From Verrucomicrobiota bacterium (lineage in GTDB: Bacteria > Verrucomicrobiota > Verrucomicrobiia > Limisphaerales > SXQI01), in assembly GCA_033762115.1 (NCBI GenBank), contig JANRLX010000074.1, forward strand, positions 1-50,099: a stretch of 50,099 nucleotides of DNA, given 5' to 3'. Both the position numbers and the translations under genes were made by a program. Below the pieces are notes generated by a model. That model ran no database searches, was not told the DNA's origin, and worked only from the letters and a program-made list of their open reading frames with translations. Below, piece after piece: positions 1 through 9,179 of the stretch (position 1 is its first letter; every line of letters starts with the position of its first letter).

Positions 1-207
1 CGGCTCAACGCGCTTAAAATCCGCGAAATCGCCAAACAACATCAGGTGCCGATCATTGAAAACAAACCCTTGGCGCGGCTGATGTTCAAGTACGGGAAGG
101 TGGATGGCGAGATTCCTGCTCAGCTGTATGCCGCGGTGGCAGAAATCCTTGCCTGGGTTTACCGGGTGAATCGGTATCGCTACTACGCGGAACAAAATCA
201 GAAATAG
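1..207 (+). CDS. flhB: Flagellar export protein FlhB, C-terminal part (cut by window edge)
   Basis: Manual frame-1 translation RLNALKIREIAKQHQVPIIENKPLARLMFKYGKVDGEIPAQLYAAVAEILAWVY... is the FlhB cytoplasmic C-terminus; stop at 207, 2 nt before flhA. Confidence 0.93.
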   Translation, partial: RLNALKIREIAKQHQVPIIENKPLARLMFKYGKVDGEIPAQLYAAVAEILAWVYRVNRYRYYAEQNQK

Positions 208-209
208 AG

Positions 210-2321
210 ATGGCCAAAGCACAATCCAATATTTCGAAGCTGTTGCGGCAAGGTGATATCTGGCTGGTGGCAGGTGTCTTCGGGACGGTGTTGCTATTGA
301 TTCTGCCGGTACCGCCATTCCTGCTGGATCTGCTCCTTTCTCTCAGCGTGGCAATGTCGTTGCTGATCCTTTTGATTATTTTGTATGTGGAGGAGCCAGC
401 TGATTTCACAGGATTTCCCACGTTACTCCTTTTTGTTACGCTATTTCGGCTGGCATTGAACGTGGCGACAACGCGTTTGATCCTGCTCGATGGATATGCA
501 GGGCATATTATTGAGGCGTTTGGAAATTTCGTTGTAAGAGGAAATTACATCGTTGGCTTTGTCATCTTTTTTATCCTGGTCCTGATTAATTTCATTGTGA
601 TTACAAAGGGCGCGGGACGTATCGCTGAAGTTGCCGCACGATTTACCCTGGATGCAATGCCTGGCAAGCAGATGGCGATCGACGCAGAATTGGGAGCGGG
701 GGTGATCACTGAAACTGAAGCAAGAACCCGCCGAAGGAAAGTTGAGCAGGAAGCTGATTTCTATGGGGCAATGGATGGGGCAAGCAAATTCGTGCGTGGT
801 GACGCGATCGCAGCGGTGCTGATTACGTTGATTAATGTATTGGGCGGATTTGCGATTGGGATCCTGCAAAAGGGAATGAGCGTCAGCGAATCGCTGGAGC
901 GGTTCACGTTGCTTTCGATTGGGGACGGGTTGGTTTCCCAGATTCCCGCGCTGATCACCTCGATGGCTGCTGGTATGCTTGTGACAAGGGCCGCAGCGAA
1001 AAACAACCTGGGCACCGAATTGAGCAAGCAATTGCTGAATTATCCACGTGCGATGCTGATTTTAAGCGGGATGCTGGGATTCATTGCCCTGGTGCCAGGA
1101 CTTCCGATGCTCCCGTTCCTGATTTTAGCGGTGCTCACAGGTGTGGCTGGAATGAATCTTCGAAAAGCACAGAAAGTCGTTCCCGGGGTGAACGCAAAAT
1201 TACCGGCAGGAGAGAGCCAGAAAGCCGGAGAAAACGCGCCGGGGGCTGTCGCTGCGGCAAAATCAAACACAGCAGAAAAGCTGGAGACATTGCTGACGGT
1301 GGACACGATGCAGATCGAACTGGGGTATGGCCTGGTCAGTCTTGCTGATACTCGCAAAGGAGGAGATTTGCTTGAGAGGGTCACGGGGGTGAGAAAAACA
1401 TTTGCCCAGGAAATGGGAGTGATTGTCCCTCCGATTCGGTTGCGGGACAACCTCCAACTCGGTGCAAATGAGTACCGCTTCATGCTGAAGGGGAATCCGG
1501 TGGCTCAGGGCACATTAATGCCTGGATACTGGCTGGCAATGAACGCAACCAATAGCCGGGCAGTATTAAAAGGGGTGCCAACAGTGGAACCGGTTTTTCA
1601 GTTGCCGGCAACCTGGATCACGGACATGGAGCGAAAAAATGCCGAAGTGAATGGGTTCACGGTGGTTGATGCTGGTTCCGTGCTGGTGACTCACCTTTCC
1701 GAAACGGTAAAGCGAAATTGCCATGAGATTCTTTCTCGGCAGGATGTGCAGGTGCTGTTGGACAACCTGAAGCAGACACATCCAACAGTGGTCAATGAAC
1801 TGATTCCAGCGCAGTTGACGGTGGGGCAGGTCCAGCGAGTCCTGCAAAACCTTCTTGCAGAAGGGATTTCCATTCGCAATTTGGCTGGTATTCTGGAGCG
1901 CGTTGGAGACATTGCAGCGACAACCAAAAACCCGGATGAGCTGTCTGAATATGCAAGGCGCGCACTTGGAGCGCAGATTGCCAAACCGTTCCAGAGCGAG
2001 AATGGAGCATTACGGGCAATCACGCTTGATCCAAAACTGGAACAGCAGATCGCGCATGGCGTTCGGCAAACTCCGCACGAGATATCGCTTATGCTTGAGC
2101 CCAGGCTGGCGCGGCACGTGGTGGAGTCGCTTTCCAGGCAGATTCAAAAAATGCTCGCTTCAGGGCAGCCGCCGCTGGTTATTACCGCACCACAAATTCG
2201 TTTGGCGTTCCGACGATTTTTTGAAACGACTTTTGCCGATCTTGGTGTGCTTTCATACGCCGAGATCCCCCCACGTATCGAAATCCAAAGCGCCACTGTG
2301 GTGCCCTCGCTGGATCAGTAA
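210..2321 (+). CDS. flhA: Flagellar export gate protein FlhA
   Basis: 703 aa; FHIPEP motifs RIAEVAARFTLDAMPGKQMAIDA and FYGAMDGASKFVRGDA; flagellar context. Confidence 0.97.
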   Translation: MAKAQSNISKLLRQGDIWLVAGVFGTVLLLILPVPPFLLDLLLSLSVAMSLLILLIILYVEEPADFTGFPTLLLFVTLFRLALNVATTRLILLDGYAGHIIEAFGNFVVRGNYIVGFVIFFILVLINFIVITKGAGRIAEVAARFTLDAMPGKQMAIDAELGAGVITETEARTRRRKVEQEADFYGAMDGASKFVRGDAIAAVLITLINVLGGFAIGILQKGMSVSESLERFTLLSIGDGLVSQIPALITSMAAGMLVTRAAAKNNLGTELSKQLLNYPRAMLILSGMLGFIALVPGLPMLPFLILAVLTGVAGMNLRKAQKVVPGVNAKLPAGESQKAGENAPGAVAAAKSNTAEKLETLLTVDTMQIELGYGLVSLADTRKGGDLLERVTGVRKTFAQEMGVIVPPIRLRDNLQLGANEYRFMLKGNPVAQGTLMPGYWLAMNATNSRAVLKGVPTVEPVFQLPATWITDMERKNAEVNGFTVVDAGSVLVTHLSETVKRNCHEILSRQDVQVLLDNLKQTHPTVVNELIPAQLTVGQVQRVLQNLLAEGISIRNLAGILERVGDIAATTKNPDELSEYARRALGAQIAKPFQSENGALRAITLDPKLEQQIAHGVRQTPHEISLMLEPRLARHVVESLSRQIQKMLASGQPPLVITAPQIRLAFRRFFETTFADLGVLSYAEIPPRIEIQSATVVPSLDQ

Positions 2322-2348
2322 CAGCTTCACTGGCAACAAGGGGGGCGC

Positions 2349-3404
2349 GTGAAGGTGCATACTTTCATCGCTGAATCGGCAGCGGAAGCTGTCGCGCAAA
2401 TTCGCGATCAATTAGGGCCGCAAGCTGTGGTTTTAAATGTCCGCCAGGTGCCCCAGGAAGGTCTTCAGCGCATTTGGAAAAAGCCGCGAATTGAAGTGCT
2501 GGCGACTGTTCCTGAAACGGAACCCGAATCTGAAAGCGAAGAGGTTAGTCAGCTGGCCCTTCTCCGTGAGGAATTAAAGGAGATCAGGCAACGAATTCCA
2601 ACTCAGCAGATCCCTCCTTCACCGATGACCTCCATCCTTGCTGTGGCAGAGCAGGGAAGGGGCGATTATGGCGAATGGAAGATCGGGGCGGTGCTTGAGC
2701 AGACCGGTTTGTTACCTCTTCATGCGCAACGAGTTTTGGAACGGGCGCAGGAATTGCAGGGGCACTCGGAAGCGCCTGCTTTGCAACAGCAGTTTGAACT
2801 GGTTCGGAAGGCATTAATTTCCTTTTGGCCTGAGGGGCAGAATACCATCAAGCCAATCCAGATATTTATAGGTCCGCCAGGCAGTGGCAAAACGACAGCG
2901 CTCTGCAAACGGCTGGCCCAAATTGTCCTTTTGGAAGGTGGGATGCCGCAGGTTTACCGGCTGGATACGCACATTTCCAATACTGCGGAATCGCTAAGTG
3001 TTTATTGTGAAATATTGAATGTTCCCATCGAGCGATTTCTTCCTGGCACGATCTCGGATTCTTCGACGGCGCTGATTGATGTTCCGGGCATCTCCCCGAT
3101 GGATTCAAGTGCCATGGAGCAATTAAGGCAGGTGATCGAACAGGTGCCGGGGGCGCAGGTACATCTAACGCTGAATTCTGCCTACGAATTGCCACACCTG
3201 TTAAAACAGGTCAAGGCGTTCGCCCAGTTACCGGTTTCAGACCTGGTTTTCACCCATCTGGATGAAGAGCTTCGGTGGGGAAAATTGTGGAATTTTGTCC
3301 TCGGCACAAAGTATCTTCCCCATTATTTGAGCGCTGGGCAAAATATTCCCGGCGACCTGCAAATTGCTTCTGCTTCAAAAATAGTCTCTCGTCAATTCTG
3401 TTGA
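2349..3404 (+). CDS. flhF: SRP-type flagellar GTPase FlhF (divergent)
   Basis: N-terminus MKVHTFIA..IRDQLGPQAVVL; P-loop GPPGSGKTT; THLDE; GQNIP; directly after flhA. Confidence 0.9.
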   Translation: MKVHTFIAESAAEAVAQIRDQLGPQAVVLNVRQVPQEGLQRIWKKPRIEVLATVPETEPESESEEVSQLALLREELKEIRQRIPTQQIPPSPMTSILAVAEQGRGDYGEWKIGAVLEQTGLLPLHAQRVLERAQELQGHSEAPALQQQFELVRKALISFWPEGQNTIKPIQIFIGPPGSGKTTALCKRLAQIVLLEGGMPQVYRLDTHISNTAESLSVYCEILNVPIERFLPGTISDSSTALIDVPGISPMDSSAMEQLRQVIEQVPGAQVHLTLNSAYELPHLLKQVKAFAQLPVSDLVFTHLDEELRWGKLWNFVLGTKYLPHYLSAGQNIPGDLQIASASKIVSRQFC

Positions 3405-3405
3405 T

Positions 3406-3418
3406 TATCAACAACTTG
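3406..3418 (+). promoter_or_regulatory. IHF-like binding site TATCAACAACTTG
   Basis: Exact match to WATCAANNNNTTR, just upstream of a sigma54 promoter. Confidence 0.6.
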
Positions 3419-3446
3419 TAGATTCGATTTCGGTGCTTCAAGTGGC

Positions 3447-3462
3447 TGGCAAACCTTCTGCT
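3447..3462 (+). promoter_or_regulatory. Sigma54 (-24/-12) promoter of the orf-fliA-motAB operon
   Basis: TGGCAAACCTTCTGCT, GG-N10-GC spacing exact, in the intergenic gap. Confidence 0.75.
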
Positions 3463-3487
3463 ATGAGGGTTTTGACTGTTGTCATAT

Positions 3488-3733
3488 ATGAAGAAGTTAA
3501 TGATGATCGGCGGATTGATGGGCTTCGGAATAGGGCTGGTCTTTGGCCTCGCTCAAAACAGCTCATGGCCGTCGATTTTGTGGCGCTCCAGCGTCGCCTG
3601 CCTGGTGTCAGGTCTTCTTCTCAGGTGGTGGGGACAGGTTTGGGTGAACAACCTTCATGCCGCGTATCAACAACAGTTGGCCGCCGCCTCGGCGCAGGAA
3701 AACACCCGCTCCAACCCAGCACAAACAAACTAA
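3488..3733 (+). CDS. Small hypothetical membrane protein (two hydrophobic segments)
   Basis: MKKLMMIGGLMGFGIGLVFGLA...SSVACLVSGLLLRWWG; ATG at 3488; fills the gap between the promoter and fliA. Confidence 0.75.
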   Translation: MKKLMMIGGLMGFGIGLVFGLAQNSSWPSILWRSSVACLVSGLLLRWWGQVWVNNLHAAYQQQLAAASAQENTRSNPAQTN

Positions 3734-3743
3734 GGAGTAGTCC

Positions 3744-4550
3744 ATGCCTACTTGCGTTGCACCAAGCACAGCCAATCAGAAAAGTCGAAAACTGCTCTCA
3801 CAGCGTTATGCCAAGATCAAACCTGGCAATGCTGCGGAAGCCGAAATGGTTGAGCAGTATCTTCCACTTGTAAAAACCGTCGTCGGTCGCCTGGCAGTTT
3901 CACTGCCACCGCATGTCGATGCAGAAGATTTATACAGTTCCGGACTTGTCGGGCTGCTCAATGCAGTCCGCAACTTCGATCCAGAGGGGGGCAGCACCTT
4001 TGAAAGCTACGCACGGGTGAGAATCCGTGGAGCAATTTTTGATGAATTACGGCGTTTGGATTGGGTCCCTCGCTCGGTCCATGACAAAGCACGAAAGGTG
4101 CAGACAATCATGCAACGGTTGGAGCAACAGAACGGTTGCATCCCCACCAACGCGCAAATGGCCCACGCGCTGGATATCACCGTCGAGGAATATGAAGAGC
4201 TTTTGACAGAGATTCGGCCTGCAACTTTTGTCTGCCTCGATGCCGCACCAAGCGGAGATGATGATGGAGATTCTTCACGTTATGACAGCATTGCTGACCA
4301 GTCACAGGAAAATCCTGTGGATGCCACAGCGCGTCGGGAACTGGCCAGAGTCATTGCAGACCGCCTGGAGCAGTTGCCTGAAATGCAGCGGAAAGTGCTC
4401 GCTCTCTATTATTTTGAAGATTTGCGCCTTCGTGAAATCGCGGAGGTTTTTGGCGTGACCGAGTCACGTATCTGCCAGATCCATGCGCAGGCGATTCTCA
4501 GTTTGAAATCGTTCCTTCAGCAGCATGAGACACCTGGAATCAAGGAGTAA
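3744..4550 (+). CDS. fliA: Flagellar sigma factor FliA (sigma28)
   Basis: DLYSSGLVGLL, FESYARVRIRGAIFDELRRLDWVPRS, LREIAEVFGVTESRICQIH; SD aaggag upstream. Confidence 0.96.
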   Translation: MPTCVAPSTANQKSRKLLSQRYAKIKPGNAAEAEMVEQYLPLVKTVVGRLAVSLPPHVDAEDLYSSGLVGLLNAVRNFDPEGGSTFESYARVRIRGAIFDELRRLDWVPRSVHDKARKVQTIMQRLEQQNGCIPTNAQMAHALDITVEEYEELLTEIRPATFVCLDAAPSGDDDGDSSRYDSIADQSQENPVDATARRELARVIADRLEQLPEMQRKVLALYYFEDLRLREIAEVFGVTESRICQIHAQAILSLKSFLQQHETPGIKE

Positions 4551-4573
4551 AGAGCCTTAATCCTGCCACCACC

Positions 4574-5440
4574 ATGATCGTAATCATTGGAGCAATAGTC
4601 GTAACGATTTCCGTTATCGGCGGGTTCATGATGGCGGGAGGGCATGTCGGCGCCCTGATTCAGCCATCTGAATTTGTAGTCATCTGCGGTTCCGCAGCAG
4701 GAGCATTGATTATCATGTCACCCAAGAAGGTGCTGATGGATATGCTCCATGCAATTATGGCAACTTTGAAAGGGGCTCCCTACGGAAAGCAAAGCTATGA
4801 AGAATTGTTCAAAGCGTTGTATGAGCTTTTCATGCTTGGCCGCCGGAATGGGATGGTGGCGCTTGAAGAACATGTCATGAATCCGCAGAGCAGTTCGATT
4901 TTTGCCAAGTATCCTTCCTTTATTAAAAACGAAAAAGCAGTCGCCCTGCTGTGCGGGGGGTTGCGTCCGATCATTGACGGAAAAGTAAAACCGGACCAGT
5001 TGAAATTGCTGCTGGATATCGAACTCGAAAGCATGGAGGAAGAGCATCATCAACCAATCAGCGTATTGACGAAAGCTGCGGATGCGATGCCTGGCTTCGG
5101 GATTGTGGCAGCGGTGCTGGGGATTGTGGTGACGATGGGTTCAATTGCTGGTCCGATTGAAGAGATTGGACATCACGTTGCTGCGGCATTGGTGGGAACA
5201 TTTTTAGGGATTTTGATTTCCTATGGGTTTCTTAATCCATTGGCTGTGAACATGGAATTTTTGGGGATGTACGAGATGGCTTATTCCAAGTGCATTGCCA
5301 CTTCTGTGGTGGGATTTGCGAATGGGATGGCCCCGATTATGGCGGTGGAAGTGGCTCGTCGCGGATTAAGCAGTGATTTAAGACCTTCTGCGGACGATCT
5401 TGAAACGATGCTGAAGGGGGTCAGCAGCGGAGGAAAATAA
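4574..5440 (+). CDS. motA: Flagellar stator protein MotA
   Basis: RRNGMVALE, ADAMPGFGIVAAVLG, AALVGTFLGILISYG. Confidence 0.96.
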   Translation: MIVIIGAIVVTISVIGGFMMAGGHVGALIQPSEFVVICGSAAGALIIMSPKKVLMDMLHAIMATLKGAPYGKQSYEELFKALYELFMLGRRNGMVALEEHVMNPQSSSIFAKYPSFIKNEKAVALLCGGLRPIIDGKVKPDQLKLLLDIELESMEEEHHQPISVLTKAADAMPGFGIVAAVLGIVVTMGSIAGPIEEIGHHVAAALVGTFLGILISYGFLNPLAVNMEFLGMYEMAYSKCIATSVVGFANGMAPIMAVEVARRGLSSDLRPSADDLETMLKGVSSGGK

Positions 5441-5441
5441 A

Positions 5442-6182
5442 ATGGGAAAAAAAAGGCATGGTCACCACGGGGGCGCATGGAAAGTTGCTTACGCAGACTT
5501 TGTCACAGCAATGATGGCGCTGTTCCTGGTGCTTTGGTTGACGTCGCAGGATGAAAAAATCAAGGAAGCTGTCGAACGTTCCTTTAGAAATCCATTTATG
5601 TCAGTCACCAAGGAATCGACTGGGTTGATTCCAAATAAGGATACCCAGGCTGTTAAATCACAGAACGGGAATTTTGATTCTGCAAGCGCAGTGGAGTTGA
5701 ACATGCTGCGAAAATTGTCGGAGGATATCCTTAAAACCCTGCAAAATTCCAATCCTGAAGGGATTCCTGAGGAAACACCTGTCCATGTGGAGAATACCCC
5801 GGATGGAATGAGGTTAAGCATTTTTGATCGGGCGAAGCGGCCAATTTTCCAGGAGAACTCAGCAAAATTTACGGAGTATGGCAGCTGGGTCTTTACAACA
5901 CTGGCATGGCAGGTTTCGCGATACACGAATACTTTCAGAGTTGAGTTGGAAGGGCATACAGAGAAAACGGATCGAGTCTCCTCAGAAACTTATAGCGAAT
6001 GGGAACTTTCCTCTGATCGTGCAAATGCTGCGCGAAGGAAACTATTGGACCAGGGAGTGGACCCGGCACAGATCAGGCGAGTCGCAGGCTACGCGGACAC
6101 CATGCCAATGGATGGTGCTGATCCAACGAATCAGGTGAATCGTCGGGTGACGGTGATGCTCAAAATTCCAGAACTCAGATAA
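5442..6182 (+). CDS. motB: Flagellar stator protein MotB
   Basis: WKVAYADFVTAMMALF with the conserved Asp; OmpA-like EGHT..WELSSDRA..NRRV. Confidence 0.96.
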   Translation: MGKKRHGHHGGAWKVAYADFVTAMMALFLVLWLTSQDEKIKEAVERSFRNPFMSVTKESTGLIPNKDTQAVKSQNGNFDSASAVELNMLRKLSEDILKTLQNSNPEGIPEETPVHVENTPDGMRLSIFDRAKRPIFQENSAKFTEYGSWVFTTLAWQVSRYTNTFRVELEGHTEKTDRVSSETYSEWELSSDRANAARRKLLDQGVDPAQIRRVAGYADTMPMDGADPTNQVNRRVTVMLKIPELR

Positions 6183-6184
6183 TC

Positions 6185-6478
6185 ATGGCAGAAACGTTCG
6201 TGCCACTAATTCCGCAGACGGGTTCAAAGTCGGAGAACATTGTGGCTCCATCAGGTTTTCGTGCAATCGTCCGCTCCGGAATGGGGCAACCTTTACCCAG
6301 CGAGCGAAAAAGCTTTGTCATTGAGAATCGGCCCCTGGAGATGCCAGGAAAACCGCAGGGTGAAGTCCCGCATTTACATCGCCCAACAGTGACCGTTGAA
6401 AAAGAGGGAGATGTGATCACTTATTTGAGGGTGACCTGTGGTTGTGGAGAGATTATTGAAGTTCAGTGCAGCTACTGA
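6185..6478 (+). CDS. Hypothetical protein with C-terminal CxC..C motif
   Basis: 97 aa, 2 nt after motB; ends VTCGCGEIIEVQCSY. Confidence 0.75.
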   Translation: MAETFVPLIPQTGSKSENIVAPSGFRAIVRSGMGQPLPSERKSFVIENRPLEMPGKPQGEVPHLHRPTVTVEKEGDVITYLRVTCGCGEIIEVQCSY

Positions 6479-6506
6479 TTCAAAGTCACTTTCGTCGTTC
6501 CCACCT

Positions 6507-6535
6507 TTGACATCTTAATTTTGGCCCCGTAGCTT
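6507..6535 (+). promoter_or_regulatory. Sigma70 promoter of the HIT-phoH-ybeY-recO operon, probably leaderless
   Basis: TTGACA-N17-TAGCTT, then 6 nt to ATG 6542. Confidence 0.7.
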
Positions 6536-6541
6536 CCTCGC

Positions 6542-7033
6542 ATGGATAGCCTGCATGCGCCATGGCGCATCGAATATATACTTGCCCCGAAAGCCCCGCC
6601 GACTGAGAGATCTGTTTTTACGCGTATTGCCCAGGAAAACGACGATGAAAAAAACCTGGTGATTGCGCGGGGCAAAAGTTGCTATGTGGTCTTGAATTCA
6701 TTTCCCTACACAGGTGGCCATTTGCTGGTAGTGCCATATCGCCAGGTGGAGGATTTGAATGGGCTGGTGGATGGGGAAATGCTGGAATTATTTCAAATGA
6801 CCCGCCGGGCGCAAAATGCTTTGAGCCGGGTGATGAAGCCGGATGGATTTAATATTGGGGTAAACCTCGGAAAAGTTGCTGGGGCCGGAATTGTTGAGCA
6901 TCTGCATATTCATATTGTTCCACGCTGGAACGGTGACACAAATTTCATGCCTGTGATTGCCAACACAACAGTCCTGCCGGAAGCATTAAAGGATATCGCA
7001 GTGAAGCTGCGTGAGGCGTTGAATAGGGAATGA
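6542..7033 (+). CDS. HIT-family nucleotide hydrolase/phosphorylase
   Basis: LHAPWR, LNSFPYTGGHLLVVP, histidine triad HLHIHIVPRW. Confidence 0.93.
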   Translation: MDSLHAPWRIEYILAPKAPPTERSVFTRIAQENDDEKNLVIARGKSCYVVLNSFPYTGGHLLVVPYRQVEDLNGLVDGEMLELFQMTRRAQNALSRVMKPDGFNIGVNLGKVAGAGIVEHLHIHIVPRWNGDTNFMPVIANTTVLPEALKDIAVKLREALNRE

Positions 7034-7998
7034 ATATGGCAACGGAGACTTTGCATTATGAAAATGCGCGGCAGGCGCAGCAATTGTTCAATGGCGATCC
7101 ACGTAATCTGCATAGCGTGGAAGAGCAGTTGGAGGTCAAGGCGACTTCACGTGAAGGTTGGATCAAACTGGAAGGAGCCACGGAAGCGGTTGAACATGCG
7201 AAAGCACTCTTTTTATTCCTGGAGAATGCCATCAAACAGGGAGGGGTGGTGCGAAATCGTGAGTTTGCCCATGCCTTGCATGTTTTAAAGCATGATGGGC
7301 CGCAAGCTTTGAGGAGCCTGGGGGCTGAACGAATCCAAACTTCCCTGAAAAAAGCGAGTGTCACACCCAAAACCCTCGGTCAAAAAAAGTATATTGAAGC
7401 CATCCGGGAGCACGATATCACCCTTGGTGTGGGACCCGCGGGCACTGGAAAAACCTACCTCGCCGTTGCGATGGCTGTGGCTGCGTTAAAAAATGAAAAT
7501 ATCACCCGAATCATTTTAACACGTCCTGCGGTTGAGGCGGGGGAGGCGCTTGGATTTTTGCCAGGAGATTTGTATGAGAAAATCGCTCCGTACCTGCGTC
7601 CGCTGCAAGATGCACTGCATGACATGCTGCCGTCAGAGGAAATCACCAAGCATACGGAGCGTGGAACCATCGAGATCGCGCCGCTTGCTTATATGCGTGG
7701 AAGGACTTTGAACAATGCCTTCATTATTCTGGACGAGGCCCAGAATTGCACCACTGAACAGATGTTCATGTTTTTAACCCGTTTGGGGCATGGGTCAAAA
7801 GCGGTAATCACAGGGGACCCTACCCAGATTGATCTTCCAGGCAGCAGACATTCGGGATTGATCGAAGCAGTCAAGGCGTTGGCGAAGGTGGAAGGGGTTG
7901 CCATAATCCATTTCCAGCGGAAAGATGTGGTGCGCCATCCATTGGTGCAGAGAATTATTGCCGCGTATGAGCAACATCGCGGCACCGGGCGTGACTGA
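7030..7998 (+). CDS. phoH: PhoH-like ATPase (YbeZ)
   Basis: GPAGTGKT, RPAVEAGEALGFLPG, YMRGRT, DEAQN, GDPTQIDL. Confidence 0.95.
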   Translation: MNMATETLHYENARQAQQLFNGDPRNLHSVEEQLEVKATSREGWIKLEGATEAVEHAKALFLFLENAIKQGGVVRNREFAHALHVLKHDGPQALRSLGAERIQTSLKKASVTPKTLGQKKYIEAIREHDITLGVGPAGTGKTYLAVAMAVAALKNENITRIILTRPAVEAGEALGFLPGDLYEKIAPYLRPLQDALHDMLPSEEITKHTERGTIEIAPLAYMRGRTLNNAFIILDEAQNCTTEQMFMFLTRLGHGSKAVITGDPTQIDLPGSRHSGLIEAVKALAKVEGVAIIHFQRKDVVRHPLVQRIIAAYEQHRGTGRD

Positions 7999-8446
7999 GT
8001 TATATATTTATAATCGCCAGAAGGGGTATTGTATCGATCGGCACCTGTTGCGACAAATAACAGAAGCGTTGTTGCAGAGGGAGCTTGGATTAAAACGATA
8101 TGATCTTGGGATTTACCTGGTTGGCTCCAAGAAAAGTGCGGAAATCAATAGCAGTTACCTTGGACATGAGGGGCCTACAGATGTCATCACCTTTCCTTAC
8201 GATTCGCCTGCCAACCTTCTGCATGGAGAGTTGTTCGTTTGCATTGAAGTGGCTGAATTGCAAAGCCATGAATTCAATACCTCATGGCAACAGGAACTGA
8301 TTCGCTATGTGGTCCACGGGGTCTTGCATCTCCAGGGCTACGATGATTTGACGAGTGAGAAGCGAAAGAAGATGAAAAGAGTTGAAGATCAGCTGGTGAA
8401 ACGGCTGGAAACAATGTTCCAGCTTTCAGCCCTTGGGAAGGTGTGA
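7991..8446 (+). CDS. ybeY: rRNA maturation endoribonuclease YbeY
   Basis: PTDVITF and HGVLHLQGYDD (third His of the motif appears as Asp); likely GTG start at 7991 overlapping the phoH end. Confidence 0.9.
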   Translation: MTELYIYNRQKGYCIDRHLLRQITEALLQRELGLKRYDLGIYLVGSKKSAEINSSYLGHEGPTDVITFPYDSPANLLHGELFVCIEVAELQSHEFNTSWQQELIRYVVHGVLHLQGYDDLTSEKRKKMKRVEDQLVKRLETMFQLSALGKV

Positions 8447-9084
8447 TGCAGGAACGCGCCCTCGGAATCATCCTGAGAACGAGGCAGTACTCAGAAACCA
8501 GCACCATTGTCCATTGGCTGACAGCCGAACAGGGACGGCTTGCAACCATTGCCAAGGGGGCGCGAAAACCGAAATCCACGTTCGCTGGCCGACTGGATTT
8601 AAATTTCCTGGCTGAGTTCAGTTTTCAACGCAGCAGCCGTTCGACGCTCCATACGTTACGGGAGGTGACGCTTTTAAATCAATTTGCCTCGGTCCGGACA
8701 GAGATAAGCAAACTTCAGCAAATTGCTTATACAAGTGTGTTGCTTGAAAAATGCGTTGAGGAAGATGCACCTGCGCCTGAACTGTTCCAGCTTTACCGAG
8801 GCTTCCTGGAACATGTTGCACGGACCCGTTCTTCGGTAAATTCAATCCTGGCGTTTGAATTAAAATTTCTAAAGGAAATGGGACTGGGTGGCGAGCTTCA
8901 CGGGCAAAATCCGGGTATCGATAAATTGCTTCAGGTTTTGGGAGAATCTGATTGGGAGATAATTGACAGGATAAAGCTATCGACGTCGCAGGTTGCTGAG
9001 GTAACCACCTATTTGAGCCGACAGTTGCAGGAGCATTTACAAATCCTTCCCCGGCAACGGGAAGCTGCTCTTCAAAAGAGATAG
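8443..9084 (+). CDS. recO: DNA repair protein RecO
   Basis: GIILRTRQYSETSTIV..GRLATIAKGARKPKS OB-fold N-terminus; phoH-ybeY-recO synteny. Confidence 0.9.
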   Translation: MMQERALGIILRTRQYSETSTIVHWLTAEQGRLATIAKGARKPKSTFAGRLDLNFLAEFSFQRSSRSTLHTLREVTLLNQFASVRTEISKLQQIAYTSVLLEKCVEEDAPAPELFQLYRGFLEHVARTRSSVNSILAFELKFLKEMGLGGELHGQNPGIDKLLQVLGESDWEIIDRIKLSTSQVAEVTTYLSRQLQEHLQILPRQREAALQKR

Positions 9085-9112
9085 ATGAAATTTCCCGGTT
9101 TGCATTCGAGTA

Positions 9113-9125
9113 GGCAAAAATTGCC
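9113..9125. promoter_or_regulatory. Inverted repeat GGCAA-AAA-TTGCC, candidate sigma54 activator site
   Basis: Palindrome about 55-67 nt upstream of the -24 element. Confidence 0.4.
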
Positions 9126-9148
9126 ATTCGAATGAGGATGTTCTGTTG

Positions 9149-9161
9149 TAAGTTGTTGGTA
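9149..9161 (-). promoter_or_regulatory. IHF-like site (TACCAACAACTTA on the minus strand)
   Basis: One mismatch to WATCAANNNNTTR; shares the CAACAACTT core with 3406-3418. Confidence 0.5.
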
Positions 9162-9179
9162 ATAGGTCAATTACTGCAG

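Noticed and set aside
3433..3873. 146-aa ORF overlapping the promoter, the small membrane gene and fliA
   Set aside because: It conflicts with better-supported features and has no motifs
4565..4576. Kozak-like GCCACCACCATG before motA
   Set aside because: Single occurrence in a bacterial operon; most likely chance
5447..5454. A8 tract at the motB start as a phase-variation switch
   Set aside because: Short, explained by Gly-Lys-Lys-Arg codons, and the frame is intact
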